Assembly (NCBI GenBank): GCA_963758525.1
Contig: CAVWVQ010000003.1
Span: forward strand, 480,001-544,000
Reading direction: 5' to 3'
Source: an uncultured Phycisphaerales bacterium
Lineage (GTDB): Bacteria; Planctomycetota; Phycisphaerae; Tepidisphaerales; Tepidisphaeraceae
DNA: 64,000 bases
Shown here: one piece after another, positions 41,716 through 51,502 of the stretch
Position numbering within the stretch: the stretch's first letter is position 1
Layout: the number at the start of each line of letters is the position of its first letter
Made by a program: the position numbers and the translations under genes
Notes under the pieces: generated by a model
Seen by the model: only the letters and a program-made list of their open reading frames with translations
Databases searched by the model: none
Told to the model about the DNA's origin: nothing

Positions 41716-43471
41716 TCACATATTCAAACTGTACCGATCTTCGGCTAGGCGATAGAGCCGTTTCCAGAAAAATCGGTTGAGCAGCACGACAAAGATCGCC
41801 ATCGTGACCACGCCGGCCGCGAGCAGAGGATAATTTCCGTCGGCGGTGGCGACGCTGATCAATGAGCCCAGGCCAAAGGCAATGTGATTTCCGTTGTCGA
41901 CGTATTCCGCGACAATCGTCGCGTTCCACGCTCCGCCGGCCGCGGTGATCAGGCCGGTCAGGAGATAGGGGAACACGCAGGGGAGATAGAGCTTTTTCCA
42001 GACCTGCCATCGGCTCATGGGGTAGACGGTTGTCACTTCCTTCAAATCATGCGGAATCGCCAATGCGCCCGCGATCACATTAAACAGCACATACCACTGC
42101 GCCGAGCAGCATGAGCGACACGCAGCCGATCGTGAAGGGGACATGCAGGACGACCAGCAGCATGGTGACCAGGGGAAAGAGCATCGGCGCGGGGAAACTG
42201 GCGACAACCTGAATGATCGGCTGCAACCGCTCCGACCAGCGCGGCGAGAGGCCGATGAGAATGCCGACGGGCAGCGCCCACGCCGCTCCGAGCGCGACCG
42301 CCGCCGTCGTGCGCGCAAACGATGCGAGCAACGCCAAACCGACGCCCAGCCAATCGTGATGATGATCCGCTGCGCCTGCCAAGGGCAGCGCGACCAGCAG
42401 CTTGACCAGCTCGTAGCCGCCCCACAGGCAAAACACGATCGCTCCGCCGGCCATCGCCCAGTTGAAGATCGGCCGAATCCGCGGCCACAGGGGGCCGCCG
42501 AAAGACGCATTCTGGGGCGCGGCTAATTTGATTCGCGTGCGTGAGCCCTTGGGACGCAGCAGCAGCGCCAGGCGATGCAACCCGGCATAGATCCGCGATT
42601 TCTCCAGGATCTTGAGAACCCACGATTGCGGCGGATCAGCCTGGGCCAGTTCGTCCATGCGAAAACGCTGCGCCCAGACGACAATGGGCCGCCAGAAGAC
42701 CTGGTCCACCACCACGATCATGATGACCATCGCGATCACGGCGGCAACCATCGCGGAAGTGTCTTTCCGATTGATCGCCTCGTTCATGTAGGAGCCAATG
42801 CCCGGCAGGCGATAGTCATGCACGCCCAGGGTGAAGGCTTCGTTCACCGTCAGAAAGAACCAGCCGCCGGCCATCGACATCATCGAATTCCAGACCAGGC
42901 CGATCATCGCGGCGGGAACTTCCAGCGACTTGAAGATCTGCCAGTCGGAGAAATGGTTGATGGCGGCGACTTCGCGGAGCGTCGAGGGGATCGCGCAGGC
43001 TGCCGTGAAAGCTGAAGGTCATGTTCCAGGCCTGCGCCGTGAAGATCATGATCACGCAGGCGATTTCCAGCCCGATCTCGCGGGTGGGAAACAGATGCAC
43101 CATCGCCAGCACCAATCCGGGAAGAAAGCCGAGCACGGGAATGGCCTGGAGCACGTCGAGCGCGGGAAGCATCAGTTTCTCTGCGCGATGGTTGTGAGCG
43201 GCGATGGTTCCATACACCAGCGTAAAAATGAGCGAGATCAGATAAGCGGCAAATCCGCGCACAGGCTGAGCATCGTGTACTTGGGCAGTGCGCGAAACCG
43301 CAGATCGATGAAAACCTGCTCCGTGTACGGAGCCGCCATCCGGCGCGAGAGGACGACCATCAATCCGACGGCCCCTGCGATGACGAACAAAAACAGCAAC
43401 TCCGGCCCCAGCGCAACGGGCCGCTTGAGCGCTTCGCGCACCCGCCTTGTGTGGAATACAACCAGCGCCAT
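41716..43471 (-). CDS. Double-domain ABC permease (apparent frameshifts near 42100, 42994, 43258)
   Basis: LDVLQAIPVLGF, VWNSMMSMAGGWFFL, ASFPAPMLFP, QWYVLFNVIAG, GGAWNATIVAE spread over four frames. Confidence 0.88.
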
Positions 43472-43744
43472 TCACTGCTCCTGCCCTGTATGACCTTGCG
43501 CCAGTGGGCGTCTTTTACCCCTCCCCTGGACTTGGGGGGAGAGAGATCGCGGCTGGGGCGCTGTCTGCTTGCCAGCGAGCCCTCACCCTGACCCTCCGCC
43601 GGAGTACCAGGGGCGGGCAGAAGACTTTTGCGTCGCGCGTCGTCGCGCAAGGATATCTGTGTGCTCGATCTCCCAACCGCGAATCGCCGAATGCTACGGA
43701 TGAGCGGCGATCGTGCAAACTTTGAAGCGAAGGGGTGGAACGGG

Positions 43745-43883
43745 AAAACGTGAAGACTGAAACGTGAAGACGTGAAACGTGACAAAGGCGAGGCCTCATC
43801 ACGTCTTCACGTTTCACGTCTTCACGTTTCGTTTGAGTCGATTTCAGATTTCAGATTTGAGATTTGAGATTTGAGATTTGAGA
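43745..43883. repeat. Inverted (A/G)ACGTGA heptamer arrays followed by TTTGAGA array
   Basis: aacgtga/gacgtga at ~43748-43782, tcacgt(c/t) at ~43799-43830, tt(t/c)aga at 43842-43883. Confidence 0.8.
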
Positions 43884-43904
43884 TGGATGGTAATGTGAGC
43901 CTAT

Positions 43905-45053
43905 TCACGGCGCAGTCGCCGGCTCCGTCGCCGGTCCGTGAATCTTGTCGTACAAGCCCTGTATCAGCTCCAGCGGCTTATCGACCGGAGTGTCGGAACG
44001 CGTGGTCATCAGCGTCGTCACCTCTCCGGCCTTGGCGCGTTCGAAGATGTGGACGGGTTTGCCGTCGGTTCCGATATAGGCCACGACGGCCTTCTCCGGC
44101 GTCAGCGTGAAATGCACGAAGCCATAGACGGTGCGCGAGAACGGGTGGAGGTTGTCGTGGAGCATCGGCGCGGAGTGCGCTCCCCCGCCGCCGCACATGA
44201 CGAAGCTGTTCGGCCAGTGCGCGATTTCCAGGTGCTGCAGGTTGTGCTCGTGGCCGCAGAGATAGAAGTCGACATGGTATTTCTTGAACAGCGTGCCCCA
44301 GTCCTTCTGTAAAACGCCGTTGTTTCCCGCGACGCCGTTGCTGAAAAGCGGGTGGTGGGCGCAGCAAATCAGCCATCCGGTGGTGCGCGGCTTTGCCAAT
44401 TCCGCCTCGAGCCAGCGGCGCTGCTCGGCCCAGGCGAGATCGTTGATCACCTGCTTATTGCTGTCCAGCATGATGACGGTGACCATCGGATCATCCGCCG
44501 GCAGATCGACGCGATAGCGTCGGGCGGGAAATTTCCACCGCGACTCGGGATGGCGTCTGGCGTACTCCAGCTCGATCGCATCCTTGTGATCGTCGTAGTC
44601 GTGGTTGCCCAGGCACGCGTAGAACGGCATCGGCAGCCGCACAGGGTCATACATCTTCTCGAAGAGCGCCTGCCATTGGGGATCATCAACGCCTCCGACG
44701 AGCTTCCCGTAGAAGTTGTCGCCCGCCAGCAGCATTGCCGCGAACGGAACGTGCTGGCTTTGTGCGTAATTCGCCAGCGCGTTGGCGACCGCCTTCTGCG
44801 CGTACTTTCCTTCTCCCCAGTCGCCCATCGCAAGCAGATCGACGCGCGGCCCGGCGGGGAGCGATGCCGGGGACGTCTGGGCTTCGGATCGCGAGGGAAT
44901 CAGCTCGAGAGTCGGGAGAAAAAGCGCGGACGAGACGACGCGGAGAAATTGCTTGCGCGACACGAGCGGATGGCCGGAAACTGCCGTCAGCTCCGACGTG
45001 CTGGCATCGCCAATCCGCGAAGGGCACGCTGGGAGCGTGGGCTTTTCGTGCAT
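43905..45053 (-). CDS. Metallophosphoesterase (purple/tartrate-resistant acid phosphatase-like), probable Tat export
   Basis: SRKQFL Tat-like signal; GDWG, GDNFY, GNHDY, HHP, GHEH. Confidence 0.9.
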   Translation of the reverse strand: MHEKPTLPACPSRIGDASTSELTAVSGHPLVSRKQFLRVVSSALFLPTLELIPSRSEAQTSPASLPAGPRVDLLAMGDWGEGKYAQKAVANALANYAQSQHVPFAAMLLAGDNFYGKLVGGVDDPQWQALFEKMYDPVRLPMPFYACLGNHDYDDHKDAIELEYARRHPESRWKFPARRYRVDLPADDPMVTVIMLDSNKQVINDLAWAEQRRWLEAELAKPRTTGWLICCAHHPLFSNGVAGNNGVLQKDWGTLFKKYHVDFYLCGHEHNLQHLEIAHWPNSFVMCGGGGAHSAPMLHDNLHPFSRTVYGFVHFTLTPEKAVVAYIGTDGKPVHIFERAKAGEVTTLMTTRSDTPVDKPLELIQGLYDKIHGPATEPATAP

Positions 45054-45111
45054 CGCATGGATTCTAACCCACGATTGCCGCCCGCCGCGAACCATCTATG
45101 ATGCTGCGCGC

Positions 45112-46371
45112 GTGGGAAGCCAGCTCGACATTTTGATCGCAGCCGTGGGAAGCCACGGGGACGTCCATCCATTTGTGGGCATCGGAATGGGGCTGCGCGC
45201 TCGCGGGCACCGCGTGCGGGTGATCGTCAATCCGCACTTTGAGTCGATCGTGCGCGGCGCCGGGCTGGAGATGGTGCCGCTGGGGACCGACGCGGAATAT
45301 CGGGCGCTGGCCACGCATCCCGATCTGTGGCATCCGACGCGGGGACCGAAATACATCTTTCAGCAAATGGGGGCGCTGGTTCCGCCGGTTTATCAGGCGA
45401 TTGCGGATCACCATGTGCCGGGGAAGTCAGTGGTCGTGCAATCGACGCTGGCGATGGGCGCTCGCGTCGCCCAGGACAAGCTGGGGATTCCGACGGCGAC
45501 GGTTCACCTGCAGCCGGCCGTGATCCGCAGCGTGATTCTGCCGCCGATTCTTCCCGGAGCGGTGCTCCCGTGGTGGCTTCCGATGATGGGACGCCGATTG
45601 CTGCTGTCGTTTGCGGACAAGTTCATTCTCGATCCGATGGTCGCGCCCGAGCTGAACCGATTTCGCGCGACGCTCGGGCTGTCGTCGCCGGCGCGCAATA
45701 TCGTGCACGGGTGGTGGAATTCGCCGCAGCGGGTGATCGGGCTGTTTCCCGCGTGGTACGCGCCGCCGCAGAGGGATTGGCCGCCGCAACTGAAATTGAC
45801 GGGTTTCCCACTGTATGACGAGCGCGGCGTTTCATCGCTGTCGCCCGAGCTCGACGCGTTTCTTCGCGGCGGGACTCCGCCGATCGCGTTCACGCCCGGC
45901 TCGGCGATGTGGAAAGCCGACGAGTTTTTCAAGCAGGGCGCCGAGGCGTGCCGCATTCTCGGCCGGCGCGGGCTGCTGCTCTCCAGGCATGCCGATCATA
46001 TTCCGCGCGATTTGCCGGCAGGGGTAATTCACGTCCCCTATGCGCCATTCGGCGAGCTTCTGCCGCGATGCGCCGCACTGGTGCATCATGGCGGGATCGG
46101 AACCACAGCACAGGCAATGGCCGGCGGCGTGCCGCAGATCATCATGCCCTTCTCGCACGATCAGCCCGACAACGCCGACCGGGCGAACAAACTGGGCGTG
46201 GCGCGGGCGATTCCACCGCGCGATTTCACGGCTGAGCGGGTCGCGCGGGTGTTGTCTGAGATGCTGGACGACTCAATGGTCCGCGACTCGTGCCGGGCGG
46301 TGGCGAAGCGGTTTGAGAAGTGCGACGCGATCGCGCGCACGTGCGAGCTGGTCGAAGAACTCACTGCTTAG
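45112..46371 (+). CDS. GT1 glycosyltransferase (RhlB-like)
   Basis: GSHGDVHPF, FTPGS, VHHGGIGT, PFSHDQPDNA. Confidence 0.9.
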   Translation: MGSQLDILIAAVGSHGDVHPFVGIGMGLRARGHRVRVIVNPHFESIVRGAGLEMVPLGTDAEYRALATHPDLWHPTRGPKYIFQQMGALVPPVYQAIADHHVPGKSVVVQSTLAMGARVAQDKLGIPTATVHLQPAVIRSVILPPILPGAVLPWWLPMMGRRLLLSFADKFILDPMVAPELNRFRATLGLSSPARNIVHGWWNSPQRVIGLFPAWYAPPQRDWPPQLKLTGFPLYDERGVSSLSPELDAFLRGGTPPIAFTPGSAMWKADEFFKQGAEACRILGRRGLLLSRHADHIPRDLPAGVIHVPYAPFGELLPRCAALVHHGGIGTTAQAMAGGVPQIIMPFSHDQPDNADRANKLGVARAIPPRDFTAERVARVLSEMLDDSMVRDSCRAVAKRFEKCDAIARTCELVEELTA

Positions 46372-46517
46372 TGGAGTCGCAGTAAAACTGTTGAATTGCT
46401 GCATAGATGCGCCGTTGGACACGCCTCGCGAGCGAGGCGGCTAAAGAATTCAGAGTGCTGCGCACGCGGGTGCGCTGACTTCCCCCTCCGCGCCGATCCC
46501 GCTATGATCCGTCGACT

Positions 46518-46814
46518 ATGAGCGTGAAAGTACGAATCCCCTCGCCTCTTCGTTCCTATACCAACGGCGTCGATGTCGTCCAAGCCGAGGGCGCCAGCGT
46601 CGGCGAAGTCCTCAATAACCTCAAAGCCGGCGCGGCAGGCATCGAAACCCGCCTTTTCAAAACGCCGGGAAATCTCAATCGATTTGTGAACGTCTATCTC
46701 AATGACGAAGACATCCGCTTCCTGAAGAACCTCGATACGCCGGTCAAAGCCGGCGACGAGATCAGCATTGTCCCGGCGATCGCCGGAGGGATCTGCGATG
46801 CCCGGCAGCTATAG
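46518..46814 (+). CDS. MoaD/ThiS ubiquitin-like sulfur carrier with extension after GG
   Basis: VRIPSPLR, FVNVYLNDEDIR, IVPAIAGG followed by ICDARQL. Confidence 0.9.
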   Translation: MSVKVRIPSPLRSYTNGVDVVQAEGASVGEVLNNLKAGAAGIETRLFKTPGNLNRFVNVYLNDEDIRFLKNLDTPVKAGDEISIVPAIAGGICDARQL

Positions 46815-47055
46815 CAAACGTTGCTGGTTCACCTTTCCGACGCGCCTGCAGGTGGAGCAGCCGATCATCTGGGAGATGAGCCAGAAGTTTCCGCGCGTCA
46901 GCTTTGACATCCGTCAGGCGAGCGTGAATAACGAGATTGGGATCATGGCGGTTCTACTCAAGGGAACCGAAGCGGAAGTCATCGCGGCGATCGAGTTTCT
47001 GCGCTCTCGGGGGGTGACGGTGGAGCCGATTGAGAAGAGTGTGGTTGAGGGGTGA
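46798..47055 (+). CDS. NIL domain protein
   Basis: EQPIIWEM...FDIRQASV...G...L...GVTVEPIE. Confidence 0.82.
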   Translation: MPGSYSKRCWFTFPTRLQVEQPIIWEMSQKFPRVSFDIRQASVNNEIGIMAVLLKGTEAEVIAAIEFLRSRGVTVEPIEKSVVEG

Positions 47056-47056
47056 T

Positions 47057-48031
47057 TCAGTTTGAGTTGCGATCGTCGCCCGGCGTCAGTTGACGCATCG
47101 CCTCGCCCAGCAGTTTTTCCATCGCCGATGGCTGATCAGCACGAATTGTCAGATCCCACGCCGTGTCCCATTTGCAGGAAACGGGCGTGAATCCCATCGA
47201 TCGCAAGTGCTCGGCCAAATCGGGCATGTGGGCGGCCCCGTAGAAAATTGAGATCCGCTTCTTCCCCTGCGCGAGTGTGTCGGCAAGCACTTTCAGCGCG
47301 ACTTTATTTCGCTCGCCGAGAATGACGGTGCCGCCGAGGGCATCGAGGCCCTTGCCGCTTTTTTCCATCTCATCAAACTGGCGGGCGACGAGCAGCTTGA
47401 TCTGCCGTTCCATGTCGGGACGGGTGAGCAATCCTGCCAGTTGTTCGATCGTTTGACCTGCATCCTCACCGGGCTGCTCCGGCGGCGGATTATTGAAAGC
47501 CTGCAAAAGCTGCTTCATGAACAGCATCTCAAATGTCTCGCCGCGCTCCTGTTGCAGCTTCTCGAACGCTTCCTTGTCGAGATCGGCATGGACGAAGTTC
47601 GGCTTCGTGTAGTCGATCACATCCAGCTGAAATGAAAGATTCAGCACGTCTTTCATCAGGTGCTGCGCGACACTGATCGGATTGTCCGAAGCCGGCGCTT
47701 CGACGCCCGGCGGGGGCAGCGGCGAATCCTTGGGCTTCACCAGCTCGTACAGCACCGCGTCGTCGGACGCGAATTCCGCATTCAGCTGCTCGTAATACTC
47801 GCGCTCGGCAATGTGAATCGCCGCCACGAGCCGAACGGTCTGCCCGGCATCGTTGCGGTAGGTGACCACTGCCGTCTGCAACGATTTGCCACGATCGCCA
47901 TCATCGCGAAGCCGCATGAATTGCGAAGGCTCGATCGGTTGAGTTGCCGGGGTATCGGCGCGAACCCCCGTGATTGCTAACAGCAGCACGGCCACTATCG
48001 GAGCAACGAATCGAGTGGATGATCGGGTCAT
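47057..48031 (-). CDS. Secreted TraB/GumN(Tiki)-like protein
   Basis: Signal peptide; AIHIAE, VLYE, GERN, FYGAAHMPD. Confidence 0.65.
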   Translation of the reverse strand: MTRSSTRFVAPIVAVLLLAITGVRADTPATQPIEPSQFMRLRDDGDRGKSLQTAVVTYRNDAGQTVRLVAAIHIAEREYYEQLNAEFASDDAVLYELVKPKDSPLPPPGVEAPASDNPISVAQHLMKDVLNLSFQLDVIDYTKPNFVHADLDKEAFEKLQQERGETFEMLFMKQLLQAFNNPPPEQPGEDAGQTIEQLAGLLTRPDMERQIKLLVARQFDEMEKSGKGLDALGGTVILGERNKVALKVLADTLAQGKKRISIFYGAAHMPDLAEHLRSMGFTPVSCKWDTAWDLTIRADQPSAMEKLLGEAMRQLTPGDDRNSN

Positions 48032-48501
48032 GGACGTTCCTCTTGCAGATAGTGTATGCGTGATGTCTGCTTGTCGATTACAAAAATAACCTTCCCCGTG
48101 GCATGGGCGTCCCGCCCATGTTAGCGATGTGGAGCTTAAGAAACCGCTCGATATCAAGTGTTTTTCGACTTCCGCGTCGCCAACACGGGCGGGACGCCCG
48201 TGCCACGGGGAGAGCGTTGCGCTCGACTGGCATTTTAGAGTTTTCAGTGGTCCCGCGAAGGGCAAGCCACGGTTGGCGTGTTCGGCGAGTCTGAGACGCT
48301 CCGCGGCCCTTCGCTCCGCGACGACGCAAGCGACGGCGATGCTGTTGGCGAGGTCGATGCGATTCGATGTCAGAGGTTGTCTCTTGAGGGTCATCCGTGC
48401 GCTCCTCCCTTTTTGTCACGTTCCAATCACCAATCACCGGCGCGACGCATCCCCTGCAAACGTGCCTCGGTCGGCGATATCCGCTATATTCCCCGACCTC
48501 C

Positions 48502-49677
48502 ATGGCAAGCGTTCAACTCGAGAAAGTCAGCAAGGTCTACCCTGGCGGCATCACAGCCGTGGACGGGATCGACCTGACGATTGCCGATCAGGAATTCGTG
48601 GTGCTCGTGGGGCCTTCGGGCTGCGGCAAGACTACCTCGCTGCGGATGGTGGCGGGGCTCGAAGAAATCTCGTCCGGCGTCATCCGCATCGGCGAGCGGA
48701 TCGTCAACGATGTCGCGCCGAAAGATCGCGATATTGCCATGGTCTTCCAGAATTATGCCCTCTATCCGCACATGACCGTCTTCAACAACATGGCCTTTGG
48801 CCTGAAGTTACGGCGCGTTCCCAAGGCTCAAATCGAGCAGCGCGTCCGCGCGACTGCAAAAACGCTGGACATTGAACATCTTTTGGATCGCAAGCCCAAG
48901 GCGCTCTCGGGAGGTCAGCGGCAACGGGTGGCGGTGGGTCGGGCGATCGTGCGGGAGCCGGCGGCGTTTCTGTTTGACGAGCCGTTGAGCAATCTGGATG
49001 CGAAGCTGCGCGTCACGACCCGTGCGGAACTGAAAAGGCTGCATCAGCGCCTGCGAACGACGACCATTTACGTGACTCACGACCAGGAAGAGGCGATGAC
49101 GCTGGGCGAGCGAATCGTGGTGATGAAAGATGGGGTAATTCAGCAGGCCGACCCGCCGTTGAAGACCTACAATCATCCGGTGAATCGGTTTGTCGCCGGG
49201 TTCATCGGGATGCCTCCGATGAATTTTTTCGACGGCGCGATCAAGCGCGTCGATGGCGAGTTGATCTTTGAAGAAGGCGTCGCGCAGGCCGCCAGCGGGT
49301 TGACGTTGCCGGGCAGCGGCTTTAGGCTATTGGTGCCGCTTCACCTGCGGGAGCGGCTGGATGGCTTCGTCGGAACTCATCTGGTGATGGGAATTCGGCC
49401 GGAGCATTTCCACGTGAATCCCAGGGACGCGGGTGCTGCGAACTGGGCGAATCTGCAGGTGAGACTGAACGTGATCGAACCCTTAGGGAACGACATGGAT
49501 GTTTATATGAGCACGAATCTCCATCAGAACGTCGTTGGGCGCGTTGAAGCGCAGGACGGCCTGGAGATCGATACGCAGGCGACGCTGTATGTCGATCTGC
49601 GAAAGGTCCACTTTTTCGAGCCCGGGATGACCGGGTCGAACCTCAGCGCCACCGAGTTCACCCATGCACTTGCTTAA
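48502..49677 (+). CDS. Sugar ABC ATP-binding protein (MalK/UgpC family)
   Basis: GPSGCGKT, VFQNYALYPHM, LSGGQRQR, DEPLSNLDAKLR. Confidence 0.95.
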   Translation: MASVQLEKVSKVYPGGITAVDGIDLTIADQEFVVLVGPSGCGKTTSLRMVAGLEEISSGVIRIGERIVNDVAPKDRDIAMVFQNYALYPHMTVFNNMAFGLKLRRVPKAQIEQRVRATAKTLDIEHLLDRKPKALSGGQRQRVAVGRAIVREPAAFLFDEPLSNLDAKLRVTTRAELKRLHQRLRTTTIYVTHDQEEAMTLGERIVVMKDGVIQQADPPLKTYNHPVNRFVAGFIGMPPMNFFDGAIKRVDGELIFEEGVAQAASGLTLPGSGFRLLVPLHLRERLDGFVGTHLVMGIRPEHFHVNPRDAGAANWANLQVRLNVIEPLGNDMDVYMSTNLHQNVVGRVEAQDGLEIDTQATLYVDLRKVHFFEPGMTGSNLSATEFTHALA

Positions 49678-49858
49678 GCCGCATGGACAAACTCGCGGGC
49701 GCAACGCCGTTCTTCGGAGGATTTGCCGATGAGCGATTGACCGGCGTTTTGTCAGGTTCGCTCGATGCGTGGGCCGCCGATTTTGGTGGCCTTTTGTTTT
49801 GGGCCAAAATTTCAGGGAATTGACGAGTTGGCAAAACTGAATAGGCGAGGAAAACGAA

Positions 49859-51408
49859 ATGAACGCTGAACTGATCCGCATCGTGGACGGTATCGCCCGC
49901 GATAAAAACATCGAACGCGAACAGGTTTACTCCGATATCGAGCAGGCCGTGGCTTCGGGTCTGCGCAAACATTTCAACACCGAAGACACGACCGAATTTC
50001 AGGTGCAGTTGGATCGCTCCAGCGGCGACATCAGCGTCTCCCGCCAGGGTACCGTGATCCCGCTGCATTCCATGGGCCGCATCGTGCGCAGACCGTCAAG
50101 CAGGTGATGATCCAACTCATCCGCCAGGACGAGCGCGGCAGCATCTACGAAGAATACAAGGACCGCGTCGGCACGATCGTGAACGGGACCATTGCGCGGT
50201 TCGAGGGCGGCACGATGATCGTCAACCTCGGCCGCGTCGAAGGGATCATGCCGCGGAGCGAGCAGATTCCCGGCGAAACGCATCAGCCCGGCGAGCGCGT
50301 GCAGGCGCTGATCATGGAAGTGCGCGACACGCTCAGCGCCGTGAAGATCATCCTCAGCCGCAGCCACCCGGAGCTGATCCGCCGCCTGTTCGAGCGCGAA
50401 GTGCCGGAAGTGGGCGAACGCACGATCGAGATCAAGGCGCTGGCCCGCGAGCCTGGGCATCGCACGAAAATCGCCGTCAGCTCCATCGACAGCAAAGTGG
50501 ACGCGGTGGGCGCCTGCGTTGGCGTGCGCGGCAGCCGAATCAAGAACATCGTCGAAGAGCTCGGCGGGGAAAAAATCGACATCGTCCGCTGGAATGAATC
50601 GAGCCAGATTCTGATCGGCAACGCGCTCAAGCCGGCGGAGGTCACGGAAGTGGCGCTCTGCTTCGAGCTGGGACGCGCCACGGTTGTGGTCAACGACGAT
50701 CAGTTGAGCCTCGCGATCGGCAAGCGCGGACAGAACGTGCGCCTCGCGGCCCGCCTGACCGGCTGGGACATCGACATTCTTACCCCGCCGGAATTCCAGA
50801 ACGGCGTGCAGCGGCTGGACCAGACGCTCAAGAAGATCGAGGGGATCACGCAGGAAATGGTCGACAAGGTGATCGCGCTGGGTCTGATCGACGTGCGCGA
50901 CATCGAGGAAGTTGGAGCCGACCCGCTGATGGAAGTGCTCGGTCTGGACGAAGCCAAGGCAACGGACGTGGTCACGCGCTGCGGGGACGAGGCGAAGATT
51001 GTCGCCGTCGAGCAGGAAGCGAAAAAGGCCGCCGAAGCATCGGCCAAGGCCAAAGACCGCGCGGCAATGCTCTCGGGCGGGGGCAGCGCCGGGAAATCGG
51101 ACTCGCTGGGCGGCTCGGCTGCCGCCCGGGCGTTTGCCGATGCGCTGCAGATTCCGCAATCGGACGAGCCTGCCGCGGACGTTTCGCAAACGATGCCCGG
51201 AGCGATGGAAGCCGCCGAGGGCGGCGCCCCCGAAACCGTCACGCACAAGCAGACGGCCGAGTCCAACGGCGACGATCTTTCGCCCGAGGAAGAGGCGATT
51301 CAGGGACTCAGCGAGCCGCTGGAGAATCACAAGGAATTAACTGACGAAAATGAGGAGACCGCCGCTCTGGCGGAAGGGCGCATTGCGCCGCCCGAAGAGC
51401 AGGCGTAG
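49859..51408 (+). CDS. nusA: Transcription factor NusA (apparent frameshift near 50085)
   Basis: MNAELIRIVD, IILSRSHP, AREPGHRTKIAV, GACVGVRGSRI, AIGKRGQNVRLA. Confidence 0.95.
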
Positions 51409-51502
51409 CGAACAACGAGGACGAGGTTTGGGCCGCTGCTCTGTTGGGAGTTCGGTCCGGCGCGGCACATCGCGTCACAGGTGAGTCTGTCAGGAGATCG
51501 GT

